From assembly GCA_013239625.1 (NCBI GenBank), contig MU054220.1, forward strand, positions 3,225,374-3,289,373: a stretch of DNA of 64,000 nucleotides. The letters run 5' to 3'. This DNA is from Lama guanicoe. Lineage: Eukaryota. A program made the position numbers and the translations under genes. The notes beneath the pieces are model-generated. The model had not been told where the DNA came from and did not search any database. It saw only the letters and a list, made by a program, of their open reading frames with translations. Below are positions 11,415-22,990 of the stretch, one piece after another. The number at the start of each line of letters is the position of its first letter. Position 1 is the first letter of the stretch.

Positions 11415-11680
11415 CACTATCACTCTATTTCATATTAAATGGTATTTTATGTACGTGTTTACCATGACACCCTGTTTAATTGATTTAGAAGCACTTCTGA
11501 AAGCTTGCTTCTGCCCAGAACCCAGGTACACTGTTTAAATGTGATTAACAAAGATGTTTGTGGTCATTTTACACAATGTTGAGCATCAGGTATTTAGTGA
11601 GGAACATCATTACACCATTTCCATGGGAGAATTAGATTAGATTTAGAGCATTTCGACTAATAAGTGCATTTTACAAGCCC
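11415..11680. promoter_or_regulatory. Candidate conserved enhancer island
   Basis: TGTTTAC (FOX) 11456-11462, TAATTG 11477-11482, AACAAAG (SOX) 11547-11553, repeated ATTAG. Confidence 0.4.
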
Positions 11681-11959
11681 AGGCTCCCCCAAACCGGGTG
11701 AAGAAAATAACTCAGAAATGGAAGAATTCACTGCCAAACCGAGCCCCCAGATCCTGCTCACTTCCTGATATTGGGCACCAGAACCAGGCATAGAAGTTTT
11801 ACCTTTCACTCTTGTGGGGCCAGATGACACCCTCACCTCCCGGGAAAACAGCATGTTCCCATAGGACTCATGATTGAAAGGCTAACCTCAATAGGCTCTG
11901 GGACCCCTTATCACAAAGGGTTCGAGAGGGGTGGAGGGAGGGCCAGGGAGGGTTACCCA

Positions 11960-12165
11960 AAGCCTGCCGAGTGCTGGGCATTGTGCTTTAGGGCATTATC
12001 TCATTAAATCCCACAGTATCCCTGGGAGAAAGGTACTATGACTTGACCCATTTTACAGATGAAAAAAACAAGGCCCAGAGAGGTGACCTGACTTGTCCAA
12101 AGTCACACAGCATCGTAACATGGAGTAGAAGCCAGAGCTGTCTGGCCCCAAGACCTGTGATCCTC
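11960..12165 (-). mobile_element. MIR
   Basis: attatctcattaaatcccacag...cccattttacagatgaaaaaaacaaggcccagagagg. Confidence 0.85.
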
Positions 12166-12719
12166 CCACACCTCACCCTCTGTGCCCTGGGGTATCATGT
12201 CCGGGAGCCTTTCTCCAGCTTGGCTCTGAGCCAAGCTCTGCTTTGGCCCCTACCCTGTGTCCTACTGATTCCTCCTGTCAACCCTCGGGGAAAATTCCAG
12301 CACAAGTCTTCTCTTGGGTAATATACAAATGACCAGTCTTGCAGTTTCTAAGCTATTGGAATCAACTTCCGACAGGGTCTTCGCCTTGAATACAAGGTTT
12401 TCTGAGTAGAACTGCCTATCCTGGGGGAAGAACAACTCACAATTCATATCTTTCTGTGATTTATCCCAAGGTAATGATGGATGGTAAGTGATCTCCATCA
12501 CCACTGACATGCTCCTCCAGGGGTGCTTTTAGATGAACTTGGGATATGAGGTTCAGAGACTTATGGGGCCAACAGGAGCCTAGCCATCTTGGGATTGGCC
12601 GCATGTTTGGGATTTGGCTCACTTTATGTGGAAGAGGGACTGTGTTGACATCAAGACATCAGGAGAGCCCCTGGGGACCTTGAAATGTGACATCATATCT
12701 TATAATAATGTCAGTGTCC

Positions 12720-12938
12720 TCTCTTTCCCTAGCTCTCCCCTGGATGGTGAGGAGTCCAAGGACCTCAACGGGAGTAGAGCTATAGGATGGAGGGAGCCTA
12801 GGTTCCTGAATGACTGCTCTCTCTCTTCCCCTGACCGGCTTTGGACTAATGGCATGAATAGTAAACAAACTCTTCTGAAATTAAGTGTTTGAGACTTGGG
12901 GTTGTTTGTTACAGTAATTATCCAACACTGACTGATAC
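12720..12938 (+). mobile_element. MLT1 (I/J-like) MaLR LTR 3' part
   Basis: gatggagggagcctaggttcctgaatgactg...ggggttgtttgttacag...ctgactgatac. Confidence 0.75.
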
Positions 12939-13289
12939 GCTCTCCTTTCACAGACTCAGTCCTGAGCCTCTTAATCTCCTCCTCTCCCTGAGCCTTGGGT
13001 TTTCCCATCTATTTTCTGGTTTCCAACCTTGCCTCATCCTGGGGTAATTCTTCTCCTGCTATCCTGATGCCTATGCTAATGGTTGATGCTTCTCACTGGT
13101 TCTTCTAGGCCTCCTGTGAAAAGATCAGGAGGAAAAAGCAGACTAATATCTCTGGACTGAGCACTGAGACTCTGACTCCAGTCTGGGCTCTACTACAAAC
13201 CTGCTGCATGACTGTGGGTAAGTCACTTCCCTCTCTATGTTTCAGTTATTCCATCTGTAAAAGGCAGAAGAAAGATTTTTAACCTTTAA

Positions 13290-13787
13290 CAGGGCCAGTT
13301 AAGTTGGGTTCAGTTGCTAAAGAAGACTTACAGGATCCCAAATGATGATGCTCACAAACCTACTGTTTATTACAGGAAAATGAACAACAGAGTGACTGCA
13401 TGAAAGTCAGGACGTACTTCACAGCTAGGGGTCTGGAGAGGTGGGTGCAGGCTCCCACACCCTCCCTCTGTAAGCAGTGTGTGCATGGAACATCTCTGAA
13501 CTGGGCAGGAGTCCTAGCTTAGGTATTTTTTCATTTTGCTGGTCGTGTAGACATTTTCCTGCTACATCACCAGCCTCAACAGTGGAGCCCTTCTGGGGTC
13601 TCATGCCGACAATGTGTAAATCATGCGTCTCACTGTTTTCCATAAACAGGGCTCTCAGGCTGCTCAGGGGGTACAGAGTGACACTATTGTCCAGTGTGTT
13701 TCATGCTTTGACTGAGGGTCAATGCCATGCCATGCCGGGGTTTTAGCAAAACAGCTCACAGCATAGTCTACCTCCTCCCCCCCTACA
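13290..13787 (-). mobile_element. ERVL-type LTR (MER21C/MER77/MER68-like)
   Basis: gaagacttacaggatcccaaatgatgatgctcacaaacctactgtttattacag resembles antisense MER77/MER21C; on the - strand begins TGTAGGGG at 13787, just after purine-rich GGGATGG. Confidence 0.6.
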
Positions 13788-14960
13788 CCATCCCATGGGC
13801 TAGACCTTCTTATGACAAAATGATCATCCTTAGTTTGACAGCAATTAAAATGTTCACATAGATGTCAAACATTTGTAATAACCAGTCAGGGGTTGGTACA
13901 GATTTGAATAGACAACCGAACCATCCAATAATATCAGCACAAATTTTCTCATGTTTTTGTACTCACTTTAATTTTTTTAATCCATCAGTACATTTTTATT
14001 TTTAATTTTTTTTGTAATATCTTTTCTATTGAAGTATAGTCAGTTTACAATGTTGTGTCAACTTCTGGTGTACAACTTAATGTTTTAGTCATCATACACA
14101 CACATATATATATATTTCTTTTCATATTCTTTTTCATGATAAGTTACTAAAAGATATTGAATATAGTTCCCTGTGCCATACAGTAGAAACTTATTGTTTA
14201 TCTATTTTATATATAGTAGTTAGTATCTGCAAATCTTGAACTCTCAATTTATCCCTTCCCACCCTCTTTACCCCTGGTAACCATAGTTTGTTTTCTATGT
14301 CTGTAAGTCCATTTCTGTTTTGTAAATAAGTTCATTCATGTCATTTTTTAGATTCCACATATAAGCGATATCATATGGTATTTTTCCTTCTCTTTCTGGC
14401 TTACTTTGCTTAGTATATAGATCTCCAACTTAACGATTCTTTTGCTTCCCTTATCTGTAGCCACGTGCACTTAGCAATATACATTTGTTGAGTGATTAAG
14501 AGCTGTAATCAATCTATCACTAATCAAATCTAAATCTTCTTCAGGCCAGTTCTCTTCTATGGGCATAACATCCCAAAGGTGTTTTGCTTCACTCCCCCAA
14601 TACATTTGATCATAAGCATCAGTGTCATCATAAATTTGACTAGTTTTTACAATATTAATTACACTTATGACTCTTATATCATAGCAGGTAGCAGGGTCAT
14701 GTGCTACCCTGGATATGTGGTTATAGTATAAATGAGATGTAATTACAGTATAATTACTTTGTCTGTCCCAACAAAATCTCCCTTTTCCCAGAGATCATGC
14801 AGTATTCCTTAGAGGACTATAACTTAGAGACCATGCTTCTGTTACTTCAGGACTCAGACACTTTTGAGGACACAGCCAAACTCCTTTTCTCGGGTGCTTG
14901 ATTTGATGGACACTGACTCCCACTGATGGGGCTCAGCCATGCCTCAGGATGGGGGCATTA
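13788..14960 (-). mobile_element. Probable ERVL internal (3') remnant adjoining the LTR, interrupted by L1
   Basis: PPT-like junction with the LTR; AT-rich composition unlike the flanks; no intact ORF. Confidence 0.4.
13990..14428 (-). mobile_element. L1 3' UTR end (cetartiodactyl/camelid type), 5'-truncated
   Basis: T-rich tail, then attgaagtatagtcagtttacaatgttgtg...gatattgaatatagttccctgtg...tttttagattccacatataagcgatatcatatggtattt. Confidence 0.9.
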
Positions 14961-15039
14961 AAATCGTTTGATCACAGTCCTGGGTTCTATAGCTCTTGGA
15001 TACTTCCGCTTGAAGAGAGGCAAGACTCTGGGTTGGGAA

Positions 15040-15300
15040 AGTGCCGGTGAGTTAAATCAGCAGATTGGGTCCGATGCTATTCAGACCTCGGAAGAGCAAT
15101 TATTCCCTCCTCTTTTTGTGCAAGAGGCCTCAGATCATAAACACATTGATTTCCTATCAGGCAGACAAGCTGGGCTGAGGCACGAACAAGCTGCTCAGCA
15201 TAAAGGGGAGGCTGGGCTCAGCCCCCTGGTTTTGCTGAATCATCTTAGAAAATGCTAATGGCAGCTCAGTAAAGGCCTCATCTGGCAAGGAGGCTGCCCC
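15040..15300. promoter_or_regulatory. Candidate conserved enhancer island
   Basis: Unique sequence containing TAAATCA, CAATTA, ATCATAAA, ATTGATT and CTAATG motifs. Confidence 0.3.
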
Positions 15301-15389
15301 CCACCCCATCCCAGATCGTCCTTCATGGGATAACTCGCATCCTGGTACTCTTGCCCTTGGTATTCTTTTGGCTTAAAACCTGCTCTAAG

Positions 15390-15600
15390 CAAGCATTTTT
15401 TTCTGAACACCTACTGTGTGCCTGGTGCTTTCACTTGAATTTCTTTTCTTAATTCACACATCTCACCCGAGGTGAGGCAGACTGTTTATTCTCCTTGAAA
15501 GATGACTGGGTCCCCCAGAGGAGAAGCGACTCACCCAAGGTACTGACTTAGCATGTGCTGCAGCTGACTCAACTCAAGCTCAGGTCTTCTGGCCCCATCC
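15390..15600 (-). mobile_element. MIR
   Basis: ctgaacacctactgtgtgcctgg...gcgactcacccaaggtact. Confidence 0.7.
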
Positions 15601-16069
15601 CGCAGGCTGTCCAGGACTGGACTGTCCATGAGATTAAGGCCTGACCCTGGCACCGGCATAGCCTGAGCCAGACTGAATGCTCCTGCAGGCCTGGGAGAAC
15701 TCAGAGCTGGCAGAACGAGTCCCTGATGAGGTTTCCTGATGCTAGATGGTCCTTTCTGATGCCCGACTTCTGTTGGCAAAGGCCTCTCCCAAATAACCCT
15801 CTGAGGCATGATGGGTGCCACACCCACCCATTTTACAGATGAGCAAATTGAGGTTGCGGAGTTTGTGACTTCACTGAAAACCAAGGTCAAGTTCAGTACT
15901 CATTAGGATGACTTCCCCAGTGCCTGGCATAGCACCTTCCACATTAGCAGATCCTCAATTCTTTTGTCAAATGAATAAATGAACGAAGTAGAGATTTTCC
16001 ATTTCTTTACTTAGTTTTGGGACTTCTGAAGTGATCACATAAAAAAACTGTTGCCCATTAGAGCAAGAA

Positions 16070-16200
16070 GGCGTGTAGAAGTCATCCAACCCCCTCACCG
16101 TATAGATGAAGAAACTAAGGCTCAGAGAGGGCCAGTGACTTGTCCACCATCACACAGTCGGTCAGAGACAAAGCAGGCAGTAGACCCCTCCATTCAGTGC
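16070..16200 (-). mobile_element. MIR
   Basis: tatagatgaagaaactaaggctcagagagggccagtgacttgtcc. Confidence 0.8.
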
Positions 16201-16689
16201 CCAGGGTGACCTGGCTGATCTCAAAGGCTTCCAGAGAGGGAATGGTAATGCTGGGCTAGAGGCAACACGCTTTGCAAAGAGCCCCCTTGGGTGGCCAGCA
16301 GCCGGTGGAGAGAGGTGATGCCTTCTCAGAGCTGCCTGTACTGAAAGGAGGAGCGGGCAGGGCCCAGGATCAGCAAACTTTTCTTCGGCTCAGTGGAGCA
16401 GAGGAGAAGGTCCCCCAGGAGTTTTACTAAGGACCTGTCAGTTTCAGAACCTGAGGGCTCGGAGCCAGAAATCAGTCTGCCCAGTTCATTTCTGCAGACA
16501 CTGAAGGGGAAAGACTAGGGGCCCTGCCTTCATGGAGCTAGTGGTCTCGTGGAGGGAGAGACAGATGTGCCACAGGGTCCCCCTGTAAACGTGAAAGTGC
16601 AGGAGGGCTGGCGTGGGGGCAGGGGCGGGGCTTCTCTAGCTCCCAGCTGGTCTGTTTTCCCTGGCTTCTCACCCCCACCCACCTTTCTG

Positions 16690-17030
16690 GTCTGTCTTCC
16701 TTAGTCTGCTTTGCTTTCCTTTAACCTCCGTCTCCACACCCTGGCCCCTTCCCTCCTTCCTTCCTCTTTCTTCCTCATCCTCATCACGCTCTCTCCTCTC
16801 TCTCCATTTCTAGGTTCTATCCCTCCCCTCCATCTCCTGCCCTGGTCCCCATCTCCATCTCTCTCCCTCTTTGTTTCCCCACCTTCCTTCGCAGCACTGT
16901 GGATCCCTCTGTCTGTTCAGGTCACAGTCACCACCTACAGACTCTGCATGATGCCCTTTCTCCCTTTCTCACTGACCAAGGTCTGACTATCTCTGCCTCC
17001 CTCCCCCGCTTCACCCTCTCCCAAGACCAG
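16690..17030 (+). repeat. Pyrimidine-rich (CT) low-complexity tract
   Basis: About 340 bp that is strongly C/T-biased on the + strand. Confidence 0.8.
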
Positions 17031-17109
17031 AGCCAGAGTCCTGGTTCCCTGTGCCCATCTCTTCTTCTGGAGGGCCCTCCTTTTGGCTGTGAAAGCCCTC
17101 GTGCCTCAT

Positions 17110-17830
17110 AACCTGAAGGGCAGGATTGATGAGAAAATAAATTCCTGATTAGTGTTTTAATTTTAAGGATCTTTAGAGGGGACTAAACAGCAAGGGAGGC
17201 TGGCGGAGAAGGACTGCATTATTAAAACCATAAATCCTCAGTGGGAGGGGCCAGGAAAGGGGCCAAAAGGAACACAGAGGGAGGCAGACAGGGCTTCCTT
17301 TGGGATGGGGGAGTGAGGGGCGTAGGAGGTGGAGGCCAAGGGCGTGGGTTGTCCCCTCCCCCTCCCCCCTTCACCTTAAGAGACTTCTCTGGGTGTGTGT
17401 GTGTGTGGTGGGGAGACAGGATGCCCCAACTTGGCTACTCCCACCTCCTCCTTGAGTGGGCTGGGCTGCAGCTGCTCCAGGGTGGGGGTGGGGGGTGGAG
17501 AGGTGGAAGTGTGCTAGTTCAGCCCTCTCTCCAAGTGGCCTGCAGAATAAGTGCCCATCAACCTTGAGCAACAGGAGAGGCAACAGAGTACAGACGTACA
17601 GCACATGGGATGGGGTGAGAGCGCTGGCTCTGCTCCCTGCCTCAGCTTCCCCATGTGATGGGTGGAGAAAATCATACCCCTTGCCCTCCCCTGCCTGCCG
17701 CCTCATAAGGGCGCGTGACAATGAAATGAGACAATGAACGTCTTGTTGACTTCATTAAATGTTAGCTTTTGCTCTTATTGTTGGCAGAGAGCAGTGCTCC
17801 TCCACAATTTCAATTTGATTCTTGCTCCCT
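17110..17830. promoter_or_regulatory. Two candidate enhancer islands (17110-17245 and 17695-17830) flanking a G-rich stretch
   Basis: TGATTAG, CATTATTAAA, CCATAAA 17228-17234; GACAATGAA direct repeat at 17717 and 17730. Confidence 0.35.
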
Positions 17831-19049
17831 TTTACAGATGGATAAACTGAGGCCCAGAGGGCCAAGCCCCTTGCCCAAAGCCACAAAGATTTGAGTGCAG
17901 CTCAGTGGCCAAGTCCTCTCCAGACGTTCGGAGGTCTGCTCTCAGAAGGGGTCACACTTTACGTGGGAGGAGCATGGGTCCGGCCAGCAGCCCTGCCTGG
18001 CAGGCAGGAAATCTTGGATCCCTCACCTTTAGCCAAGGGATAAATAAATAAGTGGGACAGGTGGCACCGGAACATCTGCCCACCCCCAAGTACCTTTCCC
18101 CACGTCACTCTCCAGCCTCCCCATCCTCTTTTGGGTGACCTCTAACTCCTAGGGGAACTGCCGGCCTAAAAGGATCACTGCATTGCACACCCCCGGGGGC
18201 ATCCTTCCCATCGAGTAGAATGTGGACTGTATAACGCAGTGCGGGGAAGGCAGGGGAAGGCTGGGTGACCCATCACGGTGGTGAGAAAGCGGCTCCTCTC
18301 CATGGGATTTTCTCACCACAGGCCTTCAGGCCCCACTTTAGACGCAGGGGGGCTGTTCCTCTTGAGAAGGGAGACTAGAACCGGGCCTTCAGTGAGTAAT
18401 TCAGAGGAAGGGGCTGGGCACCATCTTGGGAGGAGGCGTGGGGGCTCTCTAGGGGTGAAGGCTGGGGAGCAAGCCTGTTGGGGAGAGAAGGGGAGGAGGA
18501 GAAGGGCAACCCGCCCCTCCAGAAGAAGTCTCTGGGGTCTGGGTGGCCTCTGTCTCCTCTCCAGGGCAGGGCTGCTCTCACCAGCCAGAGTATGTCACTG
18601 TGTCCAGAGTCACCGACCTGGGCAGCGCTCTGGGACCCCCTGTAGCACATTCCTGGCTGATGGCCCCAAATCCCTTTACAGCTGCCCACGGCCCACACAC
18701 GGAGGTCTATTTTAATAAGGGAGTTTGAGGGTGGAGGGACTGGGGCCTGCTGCCAACCCCAGCCCCAGAAGTTCAAGGGCCCAGGCCTCCTCCTGCTCCC
18801 ATTTAATTCTTTCCTCTCTGTAGTTTTTAATTGTCAGAAATTGTCTTTGGAGCTCTGCTTTCTTTCTGGTAGCCCCAGGGCAGGTCAGAAAGATAAGAAT
18901 TTGGCTGCTTGGGGTGGAAGAGGGCTGGCTGGCCATCAGCCTAGTCTTGTTGCCTCCCTTGGGAATCTGACCACATCCTGGCTGAGCTGGGGTCCAGCAC
19001 AGAGCACATTATGACGTGGTAATATTTCAGTTCAAACTGCGTCATGAGC

Positions 19050-22000
19050 CGGCGTGGAGAGTATTTGGTTAGCAGACTGCTTGGGTTCTAATTCTGGTTT
19101 TGCTACTTTCTTGCTGGATGAACTTGGGAAAGTTACTTGCCCTTTCTGTGCCTCATTTTCCTTGTCTGGGAAATGGGGATAGAAAACACTCCTCGGAGGA
19201 CTGTTGTGGCTCTTTCCCCCAGACCGCAGCCTGGTGGCCAGGCCTGGTGTGGTGCCCGCTGCCCGCCGCCCACCTGCCGGGAGCCCCAGGCTGGGCCCCA
19301 TCCACCCAGCGGGGCACACGGCCTCTTCCTCTGGGACACCAGCTGCTGCCTACTGGATAGAATTTGTTGTTTGGTGTCATTTGGACATGGTCCTGGTCAC
19401 CACTGGGAGTCATTGCTCTAGCACCGAAGCCACACCTTTCTGATTCGGCCCTGCTCAGGCCCATATCCTGCCCTCCGTCTTGTTAGCAATAGCCCCAATC
19501 CTAGCCCCAACCCCTCTGCCACTCATACCGCCAAGATGCAGCACAGGGCTCTTTTACATACAATGGTTCTTCCAATCCTCCAAATAACCCTGCAAAGCTG
19601 GTACTATCACCCTGTTTGCAAAGGAGGAAATGGAGGCTCAGTAAGCAAAGTGACTTGCTCAAGGTCACATAGCTCAGATAAGGTGTGGAAGGGTTTGAGC
19701 TTCTATCTACCTGCAAATAGGCAGGATTCTGACAGGTGTGGGTGAAGAGAGGAAGTGTGAACTCCCTGAGGGTGATGCAGGCAGATGAGGAGGGATGGGC
19801 TTGGCCCCAGTAAAGGAAGAGCAAGGGAGGAGGCTGGGGTAGGTGGAGAGTATCTTTATCTCAGGATCGCTGGCAGCCTGATACAGTTGTGAACCCTTCT
19901 GGAAAAAGATAGGCTGAGGGATGTAGCCTGGGAGGGGAAGCCCAGGTTGATGGGTTAAGCAGAAAACCCCGCCCCCTGCTAGATCTCCTGGGTGGTGGCA
20001 GTGGTGAGAGATTCCAGCCATCTTGGTGGGTGGCCCTGGGCCCACAGACTCAGTCTGGAGTAATTGATGTGCAACAAAGAGGAACGAGTGCTGGCTTAGG
20101 AGTCAGGACAGGTCTTGGCTTAAATCCTTAGACTAGCACTTTCTGTGTGAACTTAGGTTAGCAACTTTCCTTCTCTGTGCCTCAGTACCCTCATCTGTAA
20201 AATGGGAACAATAGCATCCACCTTGCAGGGCTGGACTGAGTACTGGATGAAAGTCAAACAATTAGCATAGTTCTTTGCGTGTTCTAAGGCCCTTCAATGG
20301 TGTCCGTTTTCGAGATTTGTCTTGACCCTGCTTTGAGCTCAGGGCAGAGCTCTGCCTCTGTCTGCATCTTCATTTCCTGGTCTGTGCAAAGAGGGAGGTG
20401 GGACAAGCTGATTCTAACAGTCCTTCCAGACAGGACAGATGATTTCAGGCTGGGTCAGCCTTCCCCTGGAGCTATGGGAATGTGGACAGGGGGCCACTTT
20501 GGGGCAAAAGGGTTGCCTGTGCTGACATGTTTCCTGCTGTAAGCAGAGCGAAGGGACGGACTTGTCCTGGAGCAGCAGGAGGATGCCTGGGGAAAAGAAG
20601 CTGGTTGCGGGGAGGTCATTTTCATCTCCGAGCTGGTCCCTTGGGTCCCTGCTGGTGGCCAATGTCCTGAGATGACCACAAGGGTAGAACTATGCAGCGA
20701 CTAGTGTCAGCATCCCTGGAACCCCAGGCCTCATTAGGCATGTTTCCCAAATGGCCAGGAACCTCTTGGCTCAGGCCCTGAAGTCAGGACACAGCCCATG
20801 TTTCCCTGCTTTTAAACCCACGTAGCTGGAGAAAGACCCCTACGAGCAATTTACCAAAGCCACAGGCTCGGGCTCTGTAGCCCTGTTTGGGCTGACATCT
20901 GTCATCTGCCATCTGCCATCAGGTGCTGTGTGACCTTACACAGTTTGCTTGACTTATCTGAGCCTCAGTTTCTGACTGTAAAAATGGGGATAGTAACAGT
21001 AGCTACTCCACAGAGGGGTGTGCCATGCACAGAAGAGTGGCTGGTACATGGCAAGAGCTTAATAAACATGAGCTAAGTGGTCTCAGACCCACCTCATCAC
21101 AGCTGTGAGTGTTGGTTACTGCCCCATTGCTCAGAGATGAAAACCGAGGCTAGAGATGAGAGTGATTGCCCAAGGACACAGGGCTTGTGAGTGGTTGAGC
21201 GGGAGTGGGACCTAGGGCTGGCTGACTCCCAGGTCTGAGACCTACCCTCCTTTCATCCTTACCACTGTGACAGGTCCCTGGGGTTCTGAGTAGGAAGGAA
21301 GAGTGGAGCTGAAAGAGGCTCTCAAGTTCCTGGCTGCCCTGGGGCTGTTCTGGGGTTAGGACAACTGCCCAGTCCCCTTTCCCCCTTTTTAAGTTAAAAC
21401 TTTTCCAATTTCCTGAGCCCCATCATACATCAGAAACCATGCTAGACATGCCACCCACGTTATCTCATTTCATCTTCACAATATCCTTGCAGGGTAGGTG
21501 CTAGTTTTCTCCATCTCACAGTTGAGGAAACAGAGAGGATAGTCTCTTGCCCCAAACCACACAGCTGGTTAGAGCTCGCGGGGCTGGACCTGGAGAACTC
21601 TGCACCTCTGCTCTCCATCCAGCTGTGTCGCTGGAGTGTGATGCCCACAGCCAGTAATACACCTGTTCTGTTCCTCAGTTCCTCCATCCGCAAAGTGGAA
21701 GTGATAAAGATAGAACCTATTTAATTGCTAGGATTATTGTGAAGATTAACTTGGTCAACTAACATGCAGAAAAAACCATTTGGGACAGTGTCTGACTCTA
21801 AGGGAGTTCTCCGTAAGCAAAGATCAGCTGCTGTCAGCTCTCCTGCTTACACAGGCCATGATGCCACAGTGGAATTGAACACCCTGAAACTCTTTTCTTG
21901 AGGCTCCTCAGCCATGTCTGGGAGGGCTGAGATGGGTGGACTTACCCAATGTTTATTTAACAAACATTCATGGGACATTTATTTGGGTGCAGACACTTTA

Positions 22001-22150
22001 CAGGATCTCCACCTCCAAGATAAGTAGAGATTGTTCCAATCATCCTGTTTACAGATAAGCGAACCAAGGCACAGAGAAGTTAAGAAACTTGCCCAAAGTC
22101 AAGCAAGATTTGAACCTAGGCACCTGGCTTCTATGTCTAAGCTCTCAGTC
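19050..22150. mobile_element. Cluster of about eight MIR fragments in both orientations (approx. 19050-19210+, 19540-19700-, 20080-20300+, 20920-21075+, 21090-21240-, 21400-21600-, 21640-21820+, 21980-22150-)
   Basis: Repeated MIR cores (cctcagtttcc..catc..aaa on +; acagatgaggaaactgaggc-like on -). Confidence 0.75.
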
Positions 22151-22629
22151 CCTGCTGCCTCTCTCAGCCCTTCTCCCCTGCAGAACCAAGAATCTGGGTG
22201 AGAGAGAAGCAGTTTTCCTTTATAATCACCCCCAACTATTCACCATTTAATTAATGATGATTATCTTATCTCCTGGGAATGAAATAGACACAGCATGGCT
22301 GTGAAGCTGGTTATATTAGATCTGTGTGTCCTTCTCCTGGGAGATAAGGGCTGAATAGGCTGGAACCAAGGTGCTGATCTCTAAATTTTGTATAGAAGGG
22401 AGAATTCGAGAGCAGTGGAAAAACTGTTGGCTCAAGTTTGCTGATGTCCCAAACTATTTTGCACATTGCTTTTATAAAAACATCTAAATCAAGGTCTGCC
22501 TGGAGAAGGGGGGCCAGGCTTGGTCACTGTGGGTCCTCGGCATAGTCTGTGGCCAAAGCAACCCCAGCAGAGACTTACTGAGGGAAGCCTGGGGGCAAGA
22601 GCCCATTCCTGGACTTACCTGGGGAGAAC

Positions 22630-22990
22630 AGACCTCAGGGGTCATCTGGTCCACTGTTCTTCTCTTTAAAGACGCAGAAATCCAGGCCTAGAGAGGGGAA
22701 GTGACTCACACAAGGTCACACCGAAAATTGATGGAGATGAGAACTTAAGTATTTCTGGTCACGCCTCATGACCTTAACATTGACAGGATGTCTGCCTTGG
22801 CCTGGCCTGGATCCCAGAGAACAGGGACGGGGTGTGGGTGACAGCTCAAGGGAAGCCTTCTAGTTCCTGGGACTGTAAACTCCCTGAGGATGGGATCTCC
22901 ATGTGTCTTATTCTTTGCTGGATCCCTAGGGCCTAGCACAAAGCCAGGAACATAGTAGTTGTTCATTAAACATCTTCAGAATGACTGGCT
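22630..22990. mobile_element. MIR (-, 22630-22770) and L2 3' terminus (+, 22860-22990)
   Basis: gagaggggaagtgactcacacaaggtcacac; gactgtaaactccctgagg...cctagcacaaagccaggaacatagtag. Confidence 0.75.
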
